A DNA stretch of 35,338 bases, taken from positions 1 through 35,338 of the forward strand of contig CAIVNC010000022.1 of the NCBI GenBank assembly GCA_903907165.1. Reading direction: 5' to 3'. The translations under genes and the position numbers were made by a program. The notes under the pieces are model-generated. The model saw only the letters and a program-made list of their open reading frames with translations, was not told the DNA's origin and ran no database searches. Every line of letters begins with the position of its first letter. Positions within the stretch are counted from its first letter, which is position 1. This document shows positions 1 through 8,561 of this stretch, one piece after another. Source of the stretch: Candidatus Buchananbacteria bacterium. GTDB taxonomy: Bacteria; Patescibacteriota; Patescibacteriia; 2-01-FULL-39-33.

Positions 1-190
1 AGATTTTGATGTTAATAATAATTATGTAACTCTAGGTGAGGGAATAATTGATTATAAAAAAATAATTCCAGATATTGAAAAAGTTTTTCAGAACAAGGAA
101 ATTTTTTTATCCATAGAAACACATATCAACCGGGATGCTAAAAAAGCAATGAGGCAATCCATAGAATCATTAAGACTCCTTATGTCTTAG
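1..190 (+). CDS. 3' end of a sugar phosphate isomerase/epimerase (xylose isomerase-like TIM barrel), partial
   Basis: Frame from nt 2 reads DFDVNNNYVTLGEGIIDYKKII...LSIETH...LMS* (TAG 188-190); LGxGxID and SIETH are typical C-terminal motifs of this family. Confidence 0.6.
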   Translation, partial: DFDVNNNYVTLGEGIIDYKKIIPDIEKVFQNKEIFLSIETHINRDAKKAMRQSIESLRLLMS

Positions 191-236
191 AAATAATTAT
201 GGGACGAATCCATATTTTAACTCAGTTAATTTCAGC

Positions 237-265
237 TTGACAAAATATTATAATTGGGATATAAC
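237..265 (+). promoter_or_regulatory. sigma70-type promoter of the cofE-like operon
   Basis: TTGACA (237-242), 17-nt spacer, TATAAC (260-265); SD AAGGAG at 305-310. Confidence 0.7.
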
Positions 266-316
266 AATGAGTTGGTGTGTTCATTGATAAAATAATTCAA
301 ATCAAAGGAGAAAACC

Positions 317-1048
317 ATGGAATCTATCAGTCTACATCCGGTAAATGACCTGCCCCTGATAAACCCAGGGGATGATCTTGGCCGATTAATTCTTGACGGC
401 CTTTTTAAAACGGTTGGCGTAAATGAGGGTGATGTCATAGTCATCGCTCAAAAAATTGTATCCAAGTCCGAGGGTGCAATCGTTGATGTGTCAAAAATCA
501 CTCCATCGAAACAAGCTCAGGAGATCGCCAATCAGACCGGACGTGATCCGCGTCTTTGCCAAATCTACTTAGACGAGGCAAAAGAAGTGATTGCTATTAA
601 GGGTCGAATGGTTATAACTCGACATCGTCTTGGCTTCGTTGGGTCAAGTTCTGGCGTTGATCGCTCGAACATTGCTCCACACGAAGCAGGTATGGTCGTC
701 TTATTGCCCAAAGACTCCGATCGGAGTGCTCGAAGCATCCGCGACTATATCCTTGAAAAAACCAACAAGAAAGTTGCAGTAATCATCAATGACTCTTGTG
801 GTCGGGATTATCGCGGAGGATCTGTTGGTATGGCAATCGGCATTGCTGGCATTGGGGCAATTGAAAAAAAAGTCAAAAAAGATCTTTTTGGAAATGAGTC
901 TTGCAACCAAATTGCTCTCATTGACGAACTCGCCGCCGCCGCCTCAATTTTAATGGGGCAAGCGGACGAAGGAATCCCGGTGGTTCTTATCCGGGGAGTT
1001 TCTTTTACCGTAACAGAAGAATCAAGTATCAAGGATTTCTTACTCTAA
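317..1048 (+). CDS. cofE: Coenzyme F420-0:L-glutamate ligase (CofE)-like protein
   Basis: LPLINPGDDL, GDVIVIAQKIVSKSEG, SGVDRSN, LLPKDSDRSA, AVIINDS, DELAAAASILMGQADEGIPVVLIRG match CofE motifs. Confidence 0.85.
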   Translation: MESISLHPVNDLPLINPGDDLGRLILDGLFKTVGVNEGDVIVIAQKIVSKSEGAIVDVSKITPSKQAQEIANQTGRDPRLCQIYLDEAKEVIAIKGRMVITRHRLGFVGSSSGVDRSNIAPHEAGMVVLLPKDSDRSARSIRDYILEKTNKKVAVIINDSCGRDYRGGSVGMAIGIAGIGAIEKKVKKDLFGNESCNQIALIDELAAAASILMGQADEGIPVVLIRGVSFTVTEESSIKDFLL

Positions 1049-1060
1049 AAGGAGGTTATC

Positions 1061-2254
1061 ATGGATTTCTTGAGTGTGACCAAAGATTACCAAGATCCGA
1101 TGCTTTCTCCCATTGAGGTGGTTGAAAGAAAAGGTGTTGGCCATCCAGACTCCCTTGCGGATGCTCTGGCCAACGAAGTATCAGTAAAATTCTCTCGTTA
1201 TTGCCTGGATCGTTTCGGATTTGTTCTGCACCACAACGTGGATAAACTTTTCATTGGTGCTGGACACTTTCAAAATGATTACGGCTCTTGCGAGCGAATC
1301 AGTCCGATCCAAGTACGGGTTAACGGCCGCATGTCGAATGTGCTCGGCAACGAACACATCGACATTGAGTCGATTCAAAGGGAGGCGGTTTCACAATATC
1401 TTTTTCAAGTGCTTCCTCGTTTGACGGTCGACGATGTCGTGATTACGCCCAATGCAACTCAGTGCACTAAGGTTCCTCATTGGTTCACTCCAAGGAATAG
1501 GGACGATGTGCCCGATGCTACAGCGCCAAAGGCCAATGATACGTCTTTCTGCGTATCTCATTGGCCGCCAACGCCAGCGGAGTCAATTGCTTATCGTCTT
1601 GAACGTTATTTCTGGGAAGAAAAAGACGGTTTTGCGATACCTCGTTTTCCTGAGATTGGCCAAGACATTAAGGTGCTTGTCCTTCGTCAGGAAAATCGTC
1701 TTGAGGTGACTCTATGCGTGCCGACCATCAGCGTTCATACGGCGTCGTATGAACAATACCGAGATATGATCATGGAGCACGAAAAGAAACTTCAAGAACT
1801 GGCTGAGAGTATTATCTCTTGCCATCGGCTCGATGTTTCGGTTCGGATCAATCCTTACCAACGTCTCTACATGCTCGGTGTTGGCAGTTGCATTGAATGC
1901 GGAGAGGAGGGGATGGTCGGAAGGGGCAATACCATATCCGGCATCATATCTTCTCATCGCGTTCACACTCAAGAATCGTGGGCGGGAAAAAACCCAGTTT
2001 ATCACACTGGACGCGTTCTTGGTTATCTTACTTCGAAACTCGCCCATGCGGTTAGCGCAAGACTCAACGTGAAATGTTCTGTTTCCGCGATGACCCGTTG
2101 TGGTGATTCACTGATTCCCCCAAGATTCCTTGGCGTTTCTGTGGATCAAGATGTAAATCCCAAAGACCTCGAGCCAATTATCGAATCGGAGCTTCTCTCT
2201 GTAAATTATCTTCAGGAGATTCTCTCGTTTCGTCCATGGATCGAAAGGCTTTGA
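1061..2254 (+). CDS. mat: Archaeal-type S-adenosylmethionine synthetase (methionine adenosyltransferase)
   Basis: EVVERKGVGHPDSLAD, LHHNVDK, ANDTS, GQDIKV, GMVGRGN, AGKNPVYHTG are archaeal-type MAT signatures; SD AAGGAGG at 1049-1055. Confidence 0.85.
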   Translation: MDFLSVTKDYQDPMLSPIEVVERKGVGHPDSLADALANEVSVKFSRYCLDRFGFVLHHNVDKLFIGAGHFQNDYGSCERISPIQVRVNGRMSNVLGNEHIDIESIQREAVSQYLFQVLPRLTVDDVVITPNATQCTKVPHWFTPRNRDDVPDATAPKANDTSFCVSHWPPTPAESIAYRLERYFWEEKDGFAIPRFPEIGQDIKVLVLRQENRLEVTLCVPTISVHTASYEQYRDMIMEHEKKLQELAESIISCHRLDVSVRINPYQRLYMLGVGSCIECGEEGMVGRGNTISGIISSHRVHTQESWAGKNPVYHTGRVLGYLTSKLAHAVSARLNVKCSVSAMTRCGDSLIPPRFLGVSVDQDVNPKDLEPIIESELLSVNYLQEILSFRPWIERL

Positions 2255-2273
2255 GAAGGATCGAGGTGATAAC

Positions 2274-3215
2274 ATGTACGCTTGTACTATCGAAGTAGAT
2301 GGTTGGAAAATCGCCTTCGAATCATCCAGGGATCTTATTCCGGCGTTTCTGCGACTTGCAGAAGCGCCGGAATTTCTAGGTTTCCGCATATTTCCGCAAG
2401 TGTCTTCCAGCGAGTATGTGATTCGTTATGAAGAAAGTGAAGAAGAAATAACGGTCAAATATTCTGACAAAACTGTAGTTATTCGTGCTCCTTGGCGTTC
2501 AGTTCAGGAAGGGGAGACTTTGCTTTATGCAGCATTCCCTTTCATCGAACTTCAACGTCAACAACACGGATTTGTTACTGTTCATGCCGCTGCGGTGATG
2601 CTTGGGTCTAATGCAGTTCTTATTCTGGGTAAAGAAGGCTCGGGAAAAACAACAACCGCACTCGGCTTATGTAGATCACATGGGGGACGGCTGATTGGAA
2701 ATGATCTGGTTGTTATCGGTTCTGAGGATAAGAATGGTAAAATAGTAATCCATGGCGGAACGAAGTTTTTGTCTCTTCGCTATGAATCTATCCAAAGAAA
2801 CATGCCAGACTTGTTGCATCTTTTCCCCGAAAAGAAGGAGGATCCGTGGTTACGCAAGGTTCTCGTGCATCCACCAAGAGCCAATATAGAACTATGCACG
2901 GAAGAGATGTTCCTTGGGAGTGTATTTTTAGTGCATGTGGACGAAACAAAAAATGATCTCTTTGTTAAGTCTGCAGACACTCTAGTGAACCGTTTATATC
3001 TCAATGAGAATTTCTCAAGGTATATTCGAGGCACTTGCATGGCGCTTCTTGACGAAAAATTACACTACCTGGGCTATGTTCCCTCCTTTGATTCGGAAAT
3101 GCTATTCGTAAAACGCGCAAAAATCATGGAGAGTCTACTTGTAGAACACTCCATGTGGTTTGTTTCTGGCCCACTCGGAAAAGTTGTAGATTACATCGCT
3201 TCTGAAAGCCACTAG
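2274..3215 (+). CDS. HPr-kinase-like P-loop kinase
   Basis: VHAAAV...AVLILGKEGSGKTT...LIGNDLVVI matches the HPrK/PEPCK-like pattern (H, Walker A, DD-equivalent ND); SD GAGGTGA at 2263-2269. Confidence 0.65.
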   Translation: MYACTIEVDGWKIAFESSRDLIPAFLRLAEAPEFLGFRIFPQVSSSEYVIRYEESEEEITVKYSDKTVVIRAPWRSVQEGETLLYAAFPFIELQRQQHGFVTVHAAAVMLGSNAVLILGKEGSGKTTTALGLCRSHGGRLIGNDLVVIGSEDKNGKIVIHGGTKFLSLRYESIQRNMPDLLHLFPEKKEDPWLRKVLVHPPRANIELCTEEMFLGSVFLVHVDETKNDLFVKSADTLVNRLYLNENFSRYIRGTCMALLDEKLHYLGYVPSFDSEMLFVKRAKIMESLLVEHSMWFVSGPLGKVVDYIASESH

Positions 3216-3243
3216 GGTATGGTCTCGACCATACCCTTTTTTT
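3214..3243 (+). terminator. Rho-independent terminator
   Basis: AGGGTATGGTC / GACCATACCCT perfect inverted repeat followed by a T-run. Confidence 0.8.
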
Positions 3244-3272
3244 ATGCTATAATCATATTAAATTATAAAAAT

Positions 3273-3827
3273 ATGCATACATTTATCTCCCCTGAAGAAA
3301 GCTTTAAGGTTGAAAAAGCCATTTCTTATCTGGTGGAAAAATACAAAGAGTCAGGGAAAAATCCTAAGCCAGTAATACTCCATAGTCTTAGGTTGGGTGT
3401 TTATCTCCTTGAGCATGGCTATGAAACTGATATTATCATTGTCGGAATCCTTCATGATCTTGTTGAGGATTCAGATGTTTCTGTTGGTGATATTAAAAAT
3501 GATTTTTCTGAAAAGATAGGGAATTGGGTGGAGGCCGTGTCTTTTCAATCAGACATAATTGATCCGGTAGAAAGGTATAAAGAAATGTTTAAGCGCACTG
3601 TTTCTATGGGAAGGGAAACTATTGTGGTTAAGGCAGCCGATATACTCGTTAATAGTATTTATATTCATTTAGTGTCAGATTTAAAAAAGCAAAGGATGTT
3701 AATTGAAAAAATTCTATACTTTATTAATATGACAGAGCAGTTTTCTTCAGAACTAGTGATAGGGGAGCTCAAGGATCGTTATGATGAAGAAAATGAAAGG
3801 CTTATTAAACTTGAAAAAGGACAGTGA
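3273..3827 (+). CDS. HD-domain hydrolase, RelA/SpoT-hydrolase (Mesh1/SAH)-like
   Basis: PVILHS...ILHDLVEDS...VKAADILVN. Start moved to ATG 3273 because 3219 lies inside the terminator and an extended -10 (TGCTATAAT, 3245-3253) precedes 3273. Confidence 0.7.
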   Translation: MHTFISPEESFKVEKAISYLVEKYKESGKNPKPVILHSLRLGVYLLEHGYETDIIIVGILHDLVEDSDVSVGDIKNDFSEKIGNWVEAVSFQSDIIDPVERYKEMFKRTVSMGRETIVVKAADILVNSIYIHLVSDLKKQRMLIEKILYFINMTEQFSSELVIGELKDRYDEENERLIKLEKGQ

Positions 3828-4951
3828 AAATCTATATCTGCATACCTAGCCTTAATGAGGCTAGGACAATCAGCTTAGTAACGAGGCTTGTTGATAAGGG
3901 GTTGCAAGACCTTTCTTTGTTTATGAGAAAGACGATTGATGCTAAAATCATAAATATTGATAGTGCGAGCAATGACGACACTGTTAATATCTTTAATAGT
4001 ACTGACACAGTCTTTCCTAAGCAGTCGATAATCCTGGAGGGGTCAAGAGGTAAGGGTAAAAATTTGTTGCATTTTATAAAAATAGCATATCAAGAAAAAG
4101 CTGATTTTTGTTTAACTATTGATGCCGACATAAATTCTGCTGATTCATCATGGATAAGTGAACTTTTAAACCCGCTTATAAGCAATCAGGCTGATTTTGT
4201 AACTCCTTTATATGCCAGAAGTCGATTTGAAGGAAGCTCCACAAATCATTTTGCGTACCCGATAGTATTAGCCTTAACTGGTATAAAAGCTCGTCAGCCA
4301 ATTGCTGGTGACTTTGCTTTTAACTACTCGATTTTGGATATTATTCAGAACTTAGAAATACCAGAATCAGCTAATGGCTATGGAATTGATATTTTTTTAA
4401 CATTGGCGGCCATTACAAGTGGCTTGAGGCATAGGCAGGTTAGTTTGGGTGAAAAAAAACACAATCCCAGTTTTGATAAACTTGAATATATGTTTCCTCA
4501 AATAGCCGCATCAGCTTTGTCCTTGCTCAGGGAAGTAAAAATTAAAAAAATAAAGGAGATAGATGATGAAGCTATGGTTAATAATATTGCTTCGGCGTCA
4601 TTATTTCAGCATAGAGTAGCGGCCGAGGTTATGAGGGAGCACTCTATTTCTCAATTAGTTTCCGGCAATTTAACCGAATGGGGTTGGGTTCCAAATGGTA
4701 TTACAAAGAAAGATTTTAATGATTCTGACATCCAAATCAATGATTGGGTTAGTATTCTTTCTGCGTGGATCAAATATGGCTTAGAAAATAAAAATATTAA
4801 GGCGGAAATACTAGCAGAACAACTCTTGCCATTTTTTGTACTTCGTGCCACAAATTTCTGGTTTTCTTCGGAAAATATGACGGCTGAAGAAGTTGAAAGC
4901 CAAATAAGAGAGCAAGCCATGTTATTGTGTTCTAGTATGAGGAAATTATAG
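3824..4951 (+). CDS. GT-A glycosyltransferase, mannosyl-/glucosylglycerate synthase-like
   Basis: IPSLNEARTI, IDSASNDDT, GKGKN, DxD (IDAD), TNHFAYP, RQPIAGDFAF, YGIDIFLT; GTG start overlaps the HD gene stop (GTGA). Confidence 0.7.
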   Translation: MKIYICIPSLNEARTISLVTRLVDKGLQDLSLFMRKTIDAKIINIDSASNDDTVNIFNSTDTVFPKQSIILEGSRGKGKNLLHFIKIAYQEKADFCLTIDADINSADSSWISELLNPLISNQADFVTPLYARSRFEGSSTNHFAYPIVLALTGIKARQPIAGDFAFNYSILDIIQNLEIPESANGYGIDIFLTLAAITSGLRHRQVSLGEKKHNPSFDKLEYMFPQIAASALSLLREVKIKKIKEIDDEAMVNNIASASLFQHRVAAEVMREHSISQLVSGNLTEWGWVPNGITKKDFNDSDIQINDWVSILSAWIKYGLENKNIKAEILAEQLLPFFVLRATNFWFSSENMTAEEVESQIREQAMLLCSSMRKL

Positions 4952-5068
4952 ATTTTTGATCTTCTCTTGAAGATAGCTGATTTTTCCCATTGACTCCACG
5001 GCCGATTTAATGGCTTTATAAATCTTAACTAATTCGGAATAACGGAATTGCGTCCCACAATTCAAAAT

Positions 5069-5098
5069 AAAAAAGACGGCTATTCAGCCGTCTTTTTT
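5069..5098. terminator. Bidirectional terminator
   Basis: AAAAAAGACGGC-TATTCA-GCCGTCTTTTTT between convergent genes. Confidence 0.85.
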
Positions 5099-5109
5099 AA
5101 TTTCAGTTT

Positions 5110-7227
5110 TTAGTAGTTAGCTAGTTCTTCTTCGTTGACATTGTAGATTGGTTTTTTGCCATAGCTCTTGAGTTTGGCAATAGTTGGGATATATTGTTTT
5201 TGACCATTTACGATAACGTAAATTCTGCCAGTTTCAACGGAGCGAAGTAACGTGCCATCGGCGTAGACTTTTACTCCTAGTACCTGGCCTTTCAGTGCAA
5301 TACTGTAAGTCACTTTACCAGTGCTAATAACGGTTGTCTTGGCCAGTGATAAATTCATATCGTCAATTCGGCCACGAGTATCAGAATTAAGAATCGTTGA
5401 GTTATTGTTTAATTTTCTACTTTCGGTATTGCTAAGTATGCCGTCACAATTAGTATCGATGGTGGTAATGCAAAGACCATTGACTTTCTGCCATTCAATT
5501 ATGGCTTTGGTGGTTGCTAGATTAAGAACGCTTGTAGGTGTACTGGGCAAGGCTCTGGCATAAGTTCCAGTATTTTTATACTTCAGGAAGGTTTGTAGGC
5601 CGATGATATCGCTATCAGTTTGATTGTATTTAATATCATGGCCAAACCAGAGATCGGTAATCACTTGAGTAGTGGTAGCTACCGGCGCTGTGATTGTAGT
5701 GGTAAATGATTGGTCAATGCCGGTGGCCGTACCAGAAGCGTTAGTGGCAAAAGCTTGAAAATGATAAGTTGTGCCAGAAATTAAACTGCTAAGATTGGCA
5801 GTAAGGGCTATTGATGATGTTCCAGTGGTGCTAGCTGTAAATGTGTGACCGTAAGCAGTGCTGGTTCCGTAATAAAAACCAGTATTGGCGAAGTTGATCG
5901 GTAAGTTGCCAGTGTTAGTGATTAAACCGTTAAGCGTAGCCTTGGTTGTGGTTACGTTAGTTGCTACATTTGTGGTTACTGTTGGCTTGGAGGTGGTGGC
6001 TATTTGTTGGCCGCCAGAACCGCTACCGCCGCCACCACCGTTCGTAGTGGTTGATACAGCATTTTTATCCAAAGTGGCTGCCACTGCGCTAGACAAAGGA
6101 TATTTTTGAGCATCGGTCACACTGTTAGCGTTGTATTCCTGATCATTCATCCACATAATCCAGCCACCCAAACCATTAGATTTAATATAATTAATCTTGT
6201 CTGTTAATGATTGAGGATCATCGTAAGTTACAAATTTATCACCAGCCACAGTTGAAGAAGTGATACTTAAATAAGGTACGTCAGCAACAGAATCCCAATG
6301 CCAATTTGGATTGCTTGAATCTAGACTGCCATAAGTAGCTTTAATTTGAGCATAAGTTTGTTGATTTGAAGAACCGCTGCCAATAAGGAAACTTTGTCTT
6401 GGTCCAGTAACTCCGCTAGTGCAGGCAGATGTTTGGCAAACACCGGTCACGACATCGCCGTAGAAAGCCAAGCCTAAGTTTAATTTTGAAGCAGGAAGTC
6501 CACCGGCCAAATAATTCTGTCTGACTGATTCAAAGGATACGACGGCGCCAGTTCCTGTTAGTGTTCCGTTTAGAGCAGAGTTATGCCAAGTATAAGGATT
6601 CCAATTACCGAGTCCAGATTCATCGTAAGTCATAACATTAATCCTATCTAATTTGTTGTAGATAGCAATAGTTTTAGAGCTCCAGTAACGAGCATCGACT
6701 GGAGAAGTGGCTGCGTCAACAGTGAGAAGTTTTCCAGCGGCTAAGCTACCGCGTAGCTTAGTTATGAGATTAGTCATATCGGTTTGGACAGTGGCAGAAT
6801 TGTAATCGCATGATTCCCAGTCGATATCTACACCGTCATAACCGTAAGTGTTAACATTGCTAATAATACTATTCACAAACCCGGTTAAGTTGTTTTCGAT
6901 GGCTGTTTTAAAGTAGTTGGTAGAAGCGCCAGTTTGAACAGACAAAAGAACTTTAACGCCTTTGGCATGAGCCGCAGCAATTAAAGCTGGAGCTGAACCC
7001 GCCATATTATCTGTAGTAATGTCCAAATTACCAGCTGAAGTTGGTCGGGCAGCCACATGATTGATGTGAGTCATTGATGGCCAATAAATTTTACTTACTG
7101 GAATTGGATTGAATGGCGTGTAATTGCCAACACTCCATGTTTCGGCTAGCGAAGTTTTTGGCGCCAGTAAAAAGGCGCTGGCCATTAAAAAAGCGATCAT
7201 GGCCAAGATTGTAGATCTTTTAAGCAT
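5110..7227 (-). CDS. Secreted GH18 glycoside hydrolase with FN3-like and peptidoglycan-binding-like domains (paralogue 1)
   Basis: Signal peptide ending SLA-E; catalytic DGVDIDWE; VMTYD, YDDPQSL, GLGGWIMW; Gly linker; FN3-like (LISGTTYHFQAFATN); PGBD-like (DIIGLQTFL...TTKAIIEWQKVNGL). Confidence 0.85.
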   Translation of the reverse strand: MLKRSTILAMIAFLMASAFLLAPKTSLAETWSVGNYTPFNPIPVSKIYWPSMTHINHVAARPTSAGNLDITTDNMAGSAPALIAAAHAKGVKVLLSVQTGASTNYFKTAIENNLTGFVNSIISNVNTYGYDGVDIDWESCDYNSATVQTDMTNLITKLRGSLAAGKLLTVDAATSPVDARYWSSKTIAIYNKLDRINVMTYDESGLGNWNPYTWHNSALNGTLTGTGAVVSFESVRQNYLAGGLPASKLNLGLAFYGDVVTGVCQTSACTSGVTGPRQSFLIGSGSSNQQTYAQIKATYGSLDSSNPNWHWDSVADVPYLSITSSTVAGDKFVTYDDPQSLTDKINYIKSNGLGGWIMWMNDQEYNANSVTDAQKYPLSSAVAATLDKNAVSTTTNGGGGGSGSGGQQIATTSKPTVTTNVATNVTTTKATLNGLITNTGNLPINFANTGFYYGTSTAYGHTFTASTTGTSSIALTANLSSLISGTTYHFQAFATNASGTATGIDQSFTTTITAPVATTTQVITDLWFGHDIKYNQTDSDIIGLQTFLKYKNTGTYARALPSTPTSVLNLATTKAIIEWQKVNGLCITTIDTNCDGILSNTESRKLNNNSTILNSDTRGRIDDMNLSLAKTTVISTGKVTYSIALKGQVLGVKVYADGTLLRSVETGRIYVIVNGQKQYIPTIAKLKSYGKKPIYNVNEEELANY

Positions 7228-7411
7228 GGGAGAAAATTAATTAATTTTAAATTATCTTAATGAAATATTACTATCTGTAGGTTAATATAATCTCATTATA
7301 GCATGTCATTAATTATTTATTAAGTTTATTTCTATTGATTTTTAGCTCTAATTTACTAGATGGATTTTTTTGTCTAAATTGAAAAAGGAGGATGACCTAT
7401 TTTAGCCACTA

Positions 7412-7440
7412 TTGACAAAATTAATTAAATATGCTATCAT
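7412..7440 (+). promoter_or_regulatory. sigma70-type promoter
   Basis: TTGACA (7412-7417), 17 nt, TG-extended TATCAT (7435-7440). Confidence 0.65.
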
Positions 7441-7544
7441 AATATATTACTTAATAAAAAAGTAGTTGAAATCGAGCAAATTTATTAAATATTGGCTAAA
7501 ATAAGCCAAGATAACATATAAAACAAATTAAGTCAATTATTATT

Positions 7545-8450
7545 ATGAAAAAGATGAACAAAAACATCACAAAAGTCCTATTAGTAGCCATTGCTTTAAT
7601 CTCTTTGGTCTCCGCACCAACCGTTTCAGCTGCTACTTATAAAGATTTAAAGTGGGGAAATCAAATGTATAAGGTCGTTATCGCTGGTGGAGTTACTGCC
7701 GTAAATGGCAAAACTATTTCCGTCCTAGCAACTAACGGTTCTAATTACACTGTTGATATTACCAACGCTAAAATTACCGTTAAAAAGCAAAGCTTTATTT
7801 ATGGTAGTTTAATGGTTAATGATCAAGTTACGATCAATGGCCAATTGGGCAACAACAATAATATCACTGCTAAATATTTAGATATTACTGTTAAGGTTCC
7901 GACTTATTTAACTGTCGATGGCCAAATTGTTGGTTTGACTAACGATTCAATGACCGTCTTGGCTAACGATGGCACAAACTATAATGTGCTTAAGTCTAAC
8001 GCTTCTTTGACTATTAATGGTCAGGCTGCCGACCTTTCTAAACTGAATGGTGGCGATAAGCTTACAGTTAATGGCGTTTTGGTTGGCGTTAATAAGATTT
8101 CTGCTCAATCAATCAATATTAGTATTAGTTCAGCTTCAACTCAGATTTATGGTAGAGTAATCTCCACTGATCTTGATGGTAAAAACATCTCATTGAGATG
8201 GGACAACGGAGCTGTTTATACAGTTTATGTTGGCAACGCTCAAATTCTTCTTAGTGGCAAATTAGCTGGTTTATCAGATTTGAAATCTGGCAACCAAATT
8301 AATATTACCGGTCAGTGGCTTAATGGTAGTACCTTTTTAGCTAAGACTGTTACTGGTACTCTAAACACTTCATGTTCAAATAGCTATAACCAAGGATATA
8401 GAAACCATAGAACAAATAGCACTTCCACTAATTGTGGTTGTACTCGCTAA
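7545..8450 (+). CDS. Secreted protein with three DUF5666-like beta-rich repeats
   Basis: Signal peptide; three ~75-aa repeats GxV/I...V...GxxYxV...A.I...L..(G/N)(D/N)..TIxG...xAK; Cys-containing C-terminal tail. Confidence 0.6.
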   Translation: MKKMNKNITKVLLVAIALISLVSAPTVSAATYKDLKWGNQMYKVVIAGGVTAVNGKTISVLATNGSNYTVDITNAKITVKKQSFIYGSLMVNDQVTINGQLGNNNNITAKYLDITVKVPTYLTVDGQIVGLTNDSMTVLANDGTNYNVLKSNASLTINGQAADLSKLNGGDKLTVNGVLVGVNKISAQSINISISSASTQIYGRVISTDLDGKNISLRWDNGAVYTVYVGNAQILLSGKLAGLSDLKSGNQINITGQWLNGSTFLAKTVTGTLNTSCSNSYNQGYRNHRTNSTSTNCGCTR

Positions 8451-8476
8451 GTCGGATTAAACTGATTTAGTTTTTC

Positions 8477-8504
8477 AAAAGACAGGTCGTAAGGCCTGTT
8501 TTTT
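8477..8504 (+). terminator. Rho-independent terminator
   Basis: GACAGGTC-GTAA-GGCCTGTT stem followed by a T-run. Confidence 0.7.
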
Positions 8505-8561
8505 GTTTTGTCTTTTTCGTGCTAGAATTAAGGCTGAAATATTAGAAAATTAAAGTTTAAA

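Noticed and set aside
317-1048. Claim that the organism makes coenzyme F420
   Set aside because: Only a CofE-like gene is present; no cofC/cofD/cofG/cofH in the window.
5047-5062. GGGACGCAA on the minus strand resembling a c-di-GMP-I riboswitch core
   Set aside because: No upstream GGCAAAC/GAAA stem and no downstream gene in that orientation.
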